From a virus (Duplodnaviria; Caudoviricetes), in the IMG/VR virus record IMGVR_UViG_3300024251_000007, positions 1-63,915 of that record: 63,915 nt of DNA. One strand, written 5' to 3'. The translations under genes were made by a program, and so were the position numbers. The notes beneath the pieces are model-generated. The model did no database searches. It saw only the letters and a program-made list of their open reading frames with translations, and was not told the origin of the DNA. This document shows positions 59,058 to 63,915 of this stretch, piece by piece (position 1 is the first letter of the stretch; each line of letters begins with the position of its first letter).

Positions 59058-59419
59058 GGCTTATGGTAGAGAGTTTGCAACCCAGTTAAGGATGTAAGGA
59101 CCTGTTGTATTTGTGCTTGAACTTGCGTAGGGTCTGGGTTCCCGCCGCTCAGGACTGCGGTGTGATAGACAAGCCCCGCCGCCTTTGCTGTCGTGTAGAT
59201 TGCGATTGCCTGATTCAGTGGATCTTTCAGGCCGGGATAGGTGGGTATCAATGGCTCAAGCCCCTGGATTATAGCTGCTGCGTCCGCTAGGCCAGTGGCT
59301 ATTTTTTTATCAATAGCGGCGGGGGTGGATACTGCCACCGGAGGCGGCGTACTTGGTGCTGTAGCGTTTCCGCCGCAGGACGCAAGAAGGAGCGAGACAG
59401 CTAGTACGGAGCGTTTCAA
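59054..59419 (-). CDS. Lipoprotein (spanin-like candidate)
   Basis: MKRSVLAVSLLLASC lipobox. Confidence 0.65.
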   Translation of the reverse strand: MKRSVLAVSLLLASCGGNATAPSTPPPVAVSTPAAIDKKIATGLADAAAIIQGLEPLIPTYPGLKDPLNQAIAIYTTAKAAGLVYHTAVLSGGNPDPTQVQAQIQQVLTSLTGLQTLYHKP

Positions 59420-59901
59420 AGGATTGTTCCCGGAGGCGCAGCGCTCTGACCAGTATCAGGATGCAATCCAGTATCAGGTGGCGTAGGTGCGTGTCCGCCG
59501 TAGTTCTGCCCCGTACCAGCAGCCCAAGAATCGAACAAGTTATTAGACTGTTCATCCCCGCGATTGCAGGGAATCTGCTTGATGGTCTTGAAAACGATGT
59601 TCGCGTATTGCAGCCCCGACGCCATTGGCTCCCAACCTTCCGGCTTGTGGTACTTAGGGTTTCCTTTTAGCGTCTCCGCGTATGCGACTAAGTTCTTTGC
59701 GTAGGCAATCGGATCGTGGTACTGAGCGTCAAGAGCCGGGTTATTGTTGAACTTGTTGTTCGGGTCCTTCAGATCTCCATCAATGGCTAGGCCCATGCCA
59801 TAATCCACGGAGAAGCGAACATCCACGGAGTAGCCATTTAGAAAATACTCTGGCATCGGTGCAGGGACTTGATAATACGGGGGATTTAACCATTCGCTCA
59901 T
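59416..59901 (-). CDS. Hypothetical protein
   Basis: 161 aa, coupled to the lipoprotein gene. Confidence 0.55.
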   Translation of the reverse strand: MSEWLNPPYYQVPAPMPEYFLNGYSVDVRFSVDYGMGLAIDGDLKDPNNKFNNNPALDAQYHDPIAYAKNLVAYAETLKGNPKYHKPEGWEPMASGLQYANIVFKTIKQIPCNRGDEQSNNLFDSWAAGTGQNYGGHAPTPPDTGLHPDTGQSAAPPGTIL

Positions 59902-59924
59902 GGATGCGATATTATCATGAATCA

Positions 59925-60545
59925 ATGCAAAGCGGTATCCCCAACTTCATTTCCGCTGCCGTCATCCTCACCCTCAAGTTGTGGCTGTTGCCGCGATTCC
60001 TATGGATGCCAGGGATGCTAACGTATCTGGCCGCGTCCACCGTCGAGACTGCGCTGTACCTGTTGGGATGGCCTGCGGCTGGCTGGAGCGCCGCTGTTAC
60101 GCTGCTGGCGATGCTGGCAGTGCTCGAAGCGCCATCGTGGGCTATCGGAGTCCAGAGCGATGCGGAGCGGTCAGCGGTCAGGCAGTGGTGCTGGATGCTG
60201 GGTCTGGTGGTTTTTTATGCCGCTTTCGTAGCATCTCCAGCCAGCTTCCCATCCTATCCCTTTGCGGTATATGCAATACGACTGTACTCCACTGCCATCG
60301 CCGTAGGATACCTTACTGCGCTTCTCGGCTATTGCTTTGCCAACTCGCTTGGCGTCCAGCGCTATGTCATCCATGCGTCTATCTTACTCCTGCGGCTGGC
60401 TACCTTCGGGGCGCTGCTGCTAGTGCATGACAGGGCGATGTGGTTTACGGCAGACCTGATAGGCGAGGCGGTGAACGTGCTAACGCTCGGCGCGTGGCTC
60501 TGGCTGCTGCCGCGTCACAGGGTCACCGTGAAGCCTGCGGTTTAG
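59925..60545 (+). CDS. Polytopic membrane protein
   Basis: About 6-7 hydrophobic segments; TATCAT 6 nt before ATG. Confidence 0.6.
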   Translation: MQSGIPNFISAAVILTLKLWLLPRFLWMPGMLTYLAASTVETALYLLGWPAAGWSAAVTLLAMLAVLEAPSWAIGVQSDAERSAVRQWCWMLGLVVFYAAFVASPASFPSYPFAVYAIRLYSTAIAVGYLTALLGYCFANSLGVQRYVIHASILLLRLATFGALLLVHDRAMWFTADLIGEAVNVLTLGAWLWLLPRHRVTVKPAV

Positions 60546-60854
60546 CGTTTCGACAATAGACTGCAAACTGTCCCGTATCTCCCGCTCCGTGTCACGCATA
60601 TTTGTTTCCATCGTCAGTACCCTGCGATTGGTTGAAGCCAGAGCTATATCCATGCGGTCCTTGAGTTCTTCGATCTCGGACTTGACAGCCTGCATCGTGC
60701 TCTCATCCTCGCGCCGCTGGCGTTCCAGTCTTGCGATGCGGTCAGCGTGATTAGTGTTACGGGCTTTGTAGTATGCACGTATGCCACCAAACCCGGCAGC
60801 TAGGCCGCCCAGCCATTTAATTGCTTCTTCCCATCCTGCCTGCTGGTCTGCCAT
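60480..60854 (-). CDS. Membrane-anchored coiled-coil protein (lysis block)
   Basis: N-terminal hydrophobic stretch then heptads. Confidence 0.55.
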   Translation of the reverse strand: MADQQAGWEEAIKWLGGLAAGFGGIRAYYKARNTNHADRIARLERQRREDESTMQAVKSEIEELKDRMDIALASTNRRVLTMETNMRDTEREIRDSLQSIVETLNRRLHGDPVTRQQPEPRAER

Positions 60855-61004
60855 TGCTTCACCGGGTTACCTCTTGTTACTCCTGTTCTTCTGGTTCTGG
60901 CGTCTCTGGATGCTCCGGGTGTTCGGGGTGTTCTGGATGCTGCTTGGGTTCCGTGGGCGCGTTGCCGCCGCCGCTTGGTGGGCCATCAGGGGGTTCTGCC
61001 ATGT

Positions 61005-61361
61005 TCATTCTCCTTTGGAAACTAGCGGTTCAGTGTGCGTTTCTTTTCGCTGTTCAACCACGATGGGAGGCTCATCGCCAACCGTAGTAGTGCGTTTTAT
61101 GTTCGTAACCTCTTTGGTATCAGGGACAGGCTTGCTGTGAAGGTATGCGAAGAACGGGACCAAGCCTGATATGACAAAAGTTCCAAATATCAACTTCCAG
61201 AACTTAGCGGAGTAGATTGTGAAGTCGTGGGGATCGACAACCATTGAGGAAAGGCCAGCGCTAAATGCTGAAGCCCCTCCCCCGATAAATGCGGCAATAA
61301 GCCCCTTGAACCACTGACCGAAGTCTAGAGTGCCGCCGCCAAGCGCTGAGGCTATCTGCAT
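61005..61361 (-). CDS. Putative holin
   Basis: Two TM segments and a charged C-terminus. Confidence 0.55.
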   Translation of the reverse strand: MQIASALGGGTLDFGQWFKGLIAAFIGGGASAFSAGLSSMVVDPHDFTIYSAKFWKLIFGTFVISGLVPFFAYLHSKPVPDTKEVTNIKRTTTVGDEPPIVVEQRKETHTEPLVSKGE

Positions 61362-61427
61362 TTGCCCTCCAACGGGCGGACAACGCCGCCCTATTGGTGG
61401 CAATTATACACTAAATAAACGAATTAG

Positions 61428-61883
61428 CTAGACGCTTGGCGGAGGAGGCGGAGGCGGAACAACCGGAGCGCCCTTCGCGGCGATGGCCTGGAGTACGGCA
61501 ACCTGAGCGTCGGAAGCATCGCTAGTGGCCTGTGCCTTATCCGCGATGGCTTGAAGCTGCGCTACCTGTGCATCCGTCAGGGTGGTGCCTGCCGGAACTG
61601 CTGCAAGGAAAGCGTCAATCTCATCGCTGATCTTCTGATCGGTGTCCGCGATGGTCTGGATATTGGCCGCGAGTTTGTTGGTTGTGGTGTCGATCTTTCC
61701 CAGAAGGGCATCCATTTCTTGTTGGGTCACTTTGATTTCTCCTAAGGTGGTTTGGTTTTGGTTAACGAGGTTTAGCAACTGAGTAAGCAATTGCTTAGTA
61801 TCAGACGATGCGTCATGCGTGATGGTCAGGTTGACATTTAACGTCTGCGGAGGCTGACCGTGTGGGTTGTGCGGGTTCATCAC
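61428..61883 (-). CDS. Coiled-coil protein
   Basis: Gln/Ala/Asp heptads, poly-Pro tail. Confidence 0.55.
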   Translation of the reverse strand: MMNPHNPHGQPPQTLNVNLTITHDASSDTKQLLTQLLNLVNQNQTTLGEIKVTQQEMDALLGKIDTTTNKLAANIQTIADTDQKISDEIDAFLAAVPAGTTLTDAQVAQLQAIADKAQATSDASDAQVAVLQAIAAKGAPVVPPPPPPPSV

Positions 61884-62086
61884 GGATGCCGATAGGGGAA
61901 GAATCCCGGAGTAGCAGGCAACATCCCGATCAGCCAGTAGATCGCAAATATCACAATTATAACAATCATGATAATGCGAACGATGTTTTGTGGAGGCTCC
62001 GGAATGTACCGCAAGAGGTAGAATATGAGGCCTATGATCAGGCCGAAGATCAGAACGTATACCAATGCGTAAAGTAATCCTGGCAT
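61880..62086 (-). CDS. Small two-TM membrane protein
   Basis: LIFYLLRYIPEPPQNIVRIIM. Confidence 0.6.
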   Translation of the reverse strand: MPGLLYALVYVLIFGLIIGLIFYLLRYIPEPPQNIVRIIMIVIIVIFAIYWLIGMLPATPGFFPYRHP

Positions 62087-62138
62087 CGGGACACTCCTTT
62101 CAAGTACCAATCCTACTACTTTGCACGCTAACCGCCAA

Positions 62139-62453
62139 TCATCTTCCCTCGTATGGCTGGGTTGGCTTAGGGCCGATCCCGCCAATCGCCGCGTGATTAG
62201 TTCTACCGTAATAGAATCCTACGATTACGAACAAAGCATCTGACAATCCAGCCGGAACATTCGCCACGGTGTTTCTGAAAGCTGCCATTATCCAAACCAG
62301 TATATTGGCGCAAACAATCAGGATCGCCACGAAAGCCTGCGTGCGCTCCCATATGAGATTTACCTTGCGTTGACCTTCGCTGGTCAAATCCTGCTGGGCC
62401 GTGGTGCGCGGCGGCAACGGCTTAGACGAGGGTTCTTCGTCCAAGAGGCTCAT
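62139..62453 (-). CDS. Holin-like two-TM protein
   Basis: LFVIVGFYYG. Confidence 0.55.
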   Translation of the reverse strand: MSLLDEEPSSKPLPPRTTAQQDLTSEGQRKVNLIWERTQAFVAILIVCANILVWIMAAFRNTVANVPAGLSDALFVIVGFYYGRTNHAAIGGIGPKPTQPYEGR

Positions 62454-62457
62454 AGAA

Positions 62458-63102
62458 TCATTTGGTAGCGAGGCAAGCCCCGCCTGCTGCGGCTACGTCA
62501 ATCAGCACAACATCTTGCACGTTGGTCTTGGTATCGCCATTGCGGTCAGCCGCCGTACCATTTAGAACCGCCGTGACTTCGATAGCAACATCGGCGCTAT
62601 TGACTGCGCCATCCGCATTCAGGTCACAGAAATTACTTACGGATACGGCAAGCGTAGGGTTTATCGTCACGGCAATAGCCCCACCTCCAATCGTTGACCC
62701 TACCGCATTGCTAGGGTTGAACACCAGACATGGAGAGTTTCCAGGGCAACTAGCGCTCAAGGGAACCTGATAGGTGACAACCGCCAGCACTCCATCCGCA
62801 ATAAGTGTCTGATTGATCCCGCTCACAAGAATCAGTCCACTGGAGTTGCTGGATACAGACTTCCCGGCTGCTATTGCCGCCGCCCCTGCCGTTGCCGCTG
62901 GAGTCCCCATAGCCTGCGACGGCGTGAACTGCCATTGGACGCCAGCAGGCCCCGTGGTTGACGTGTTACCGCCGCTCATGGTGTCCGTACAAGTCAGCGT
63001 GGCCCCCGGCTTTACCACAGAAGGGAGACAGGTGCGCGTGATGGTGATAGCTGCCTGTGCCCAAGATACTGAAGCAATGGCGATTACGAGAAGTAGTTTC
63101 AT
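62458..63102 (-). CDS. Secreted cohesin plus dockerin protein
   Basis: Signal peptide; cohesin (PAGVQWQF..VSGINQTLIADGVLAVVTYQV); dockerin CDLNADGAVNSADV..DRNGDTKTNVQDV..C. Confidence 0.8.
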   Translation of the reverse strand: MKLLLVIAIASVSWAQAAITITRTCLPSVVKPGATLTCTDTMSGGNTSTTGPAGVQWQFTPSQAMGTPAATAGAAAIAAGKSVSSNSSGLILVSGINQTLIADGVLAVVTYQVPLSASCPGNSPCLVFNPSNAVGSTIGGGAIAVTINPTLAVSVSNFCDLNADGAVNSADVAIEVTAVLNGTAADRNGDTKTNVQDVVLIDVAAAGGACLATK

Positions 63103-63110
63103 TGACTCTC

Positions 63111-63915
63111 CTAATGAAGATTAGCCCGGACGGTTGTAAGGTGGATTCCGTTTGTTCCGCGATTCGTCCATACCCGATACATGCGAAGATCGGTAACGCT
63201 GTTTGAAAGCGTAGTCAACGGAACCTGATGCGCTGCGCGTGTCTGCGCCAGCATAGAAGTAACGAAGGTAGTCCCATTATTGCCTGCATTGGCAGTAGCA
63301 ATAGATCCAGTCCCCGGAACTGTGGTGGTGCATTCACGATGGATTAGCAACCCACTAACTCCAGCGGGAGAAGTGTTGTCTATGAAGTACGGATTTATTA
63401 CCGTACAATCCTGATCTCCACCAGCTTGCATAACTTGTGAATTTGTACCATTGCCAGAAATCACGGTACGGTCTTGTGGATTGCTTGTTAGGATTGAAAC
63501 CTTCCCTATCAAGTTCGAGATTGCAATTCCAGGAGTGGCTTGTCCCGTATTGCCAGAAAGGAAGGCATGGACGCCATCGAATGTAACCAGTGCACGGCCA
63601 GAGATATTCGCAAATGCCGGGCCGCTCGTTTCGCTCCAATCATCACGTACCAGTAGCGTTCCGCCACCGCTCACGCTATATGGCAGTGTTTCATCGCCCC
63701 CAGATGTAGAGAAGAATCTAACCATTCCTGGAACGGAGGTTCCTATTGATGCCAGTGGACCTCCCGTCACATTTACCCCAGTCCCAGCCGTAGCTGTGTG
63801 GGATGTGTCCTCAATGTCCAGCACAGCATTGTCTAGGCCGTCATAGAAAAGGTTGGCGTTAGCAGCTAGATTATCCGCAGCCATCTGTGAACCATGAATG
63901 AACACCCGCGATCCA
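63111..63915 (-). CDS. 3' part of the large secreted beta-helix protein that starts at 3423
   Basis: Open to the window end; in frame with 1..3423 when the terminal TCCA is overlapped (..GIDQSG|SRVFIHG..). Confidence 0.8.
   Translation of the reverse strand, partial: GSRVFIHGSQMAADNLAANANLFYDGLDNAVLDIEDTSHTATAGTGVNVTGGPLASIGTSVPGMVRFFSTSGGDETLPYSVSGGGTLLVRDDWSETSGPAFANISGRALVTFDGVHAFLSGNTGQATPGIAISNLIGKVSILTSNPQDRTVISGNGTNSQVMQAGGDQDCTVINPYFIDNTSPAGVSGLLIHRECTTTVPGTGSIATANAGNNGTTFVTSMLAQTRAAHQVPLTTLSNSVTDLRMYRVWTNRGTNGIHLTTVRANLH

Noticed and set aside
1-63915. Stop-codon reassignment, tRNA genes, integrase
   Set aside because: Genes are full length in the standard code; no cloverleaf or tyrosine/serine recombinase motifs recognised by eye

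Overview
The window looks like a complete, circularly permuted genome (about 63.9 kb) of a tailed dsDNA phage with podovirus-like (P22-type) gene order. The two ends share TCCA and join in frame inside one ~1407-aa secreted gene that the ORF track missed. The minus strand carries a fragmented terminase, portal, scaffold, major capsid protein, tail tube/nozzle, many beta-rich appendage proteins and ejection proteins. An 8-enzyme glycosyltransferase/methyltransferase operon lies at 4-10 kb and a second small one at 30-33 kb. The early region has a lambdoid-type replication initiator, a RecT/Bet recombinase, nucleases and many small Cys-rich ORFs; a holin/lipoprotein block is at 58-62 kb. I found no integrase, DNA polymerase, tRNA or CRISPR array. 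Domain styles (cohesin, Cys-flanked dockerin, Ig-like, metzincin) suggest an Acidobacteriota host, which is an inference. The most unusual signals are a cohesin-dockerin set linking a cytoplasmic virion-module protein to signal-peptide-bearing enzymes, a genome-wide 13-bp palindromic operator, and a terminase broken by both a 5-nt frameshift and an HNH gene. All product calls come from motif recognition by eye, not database searches.
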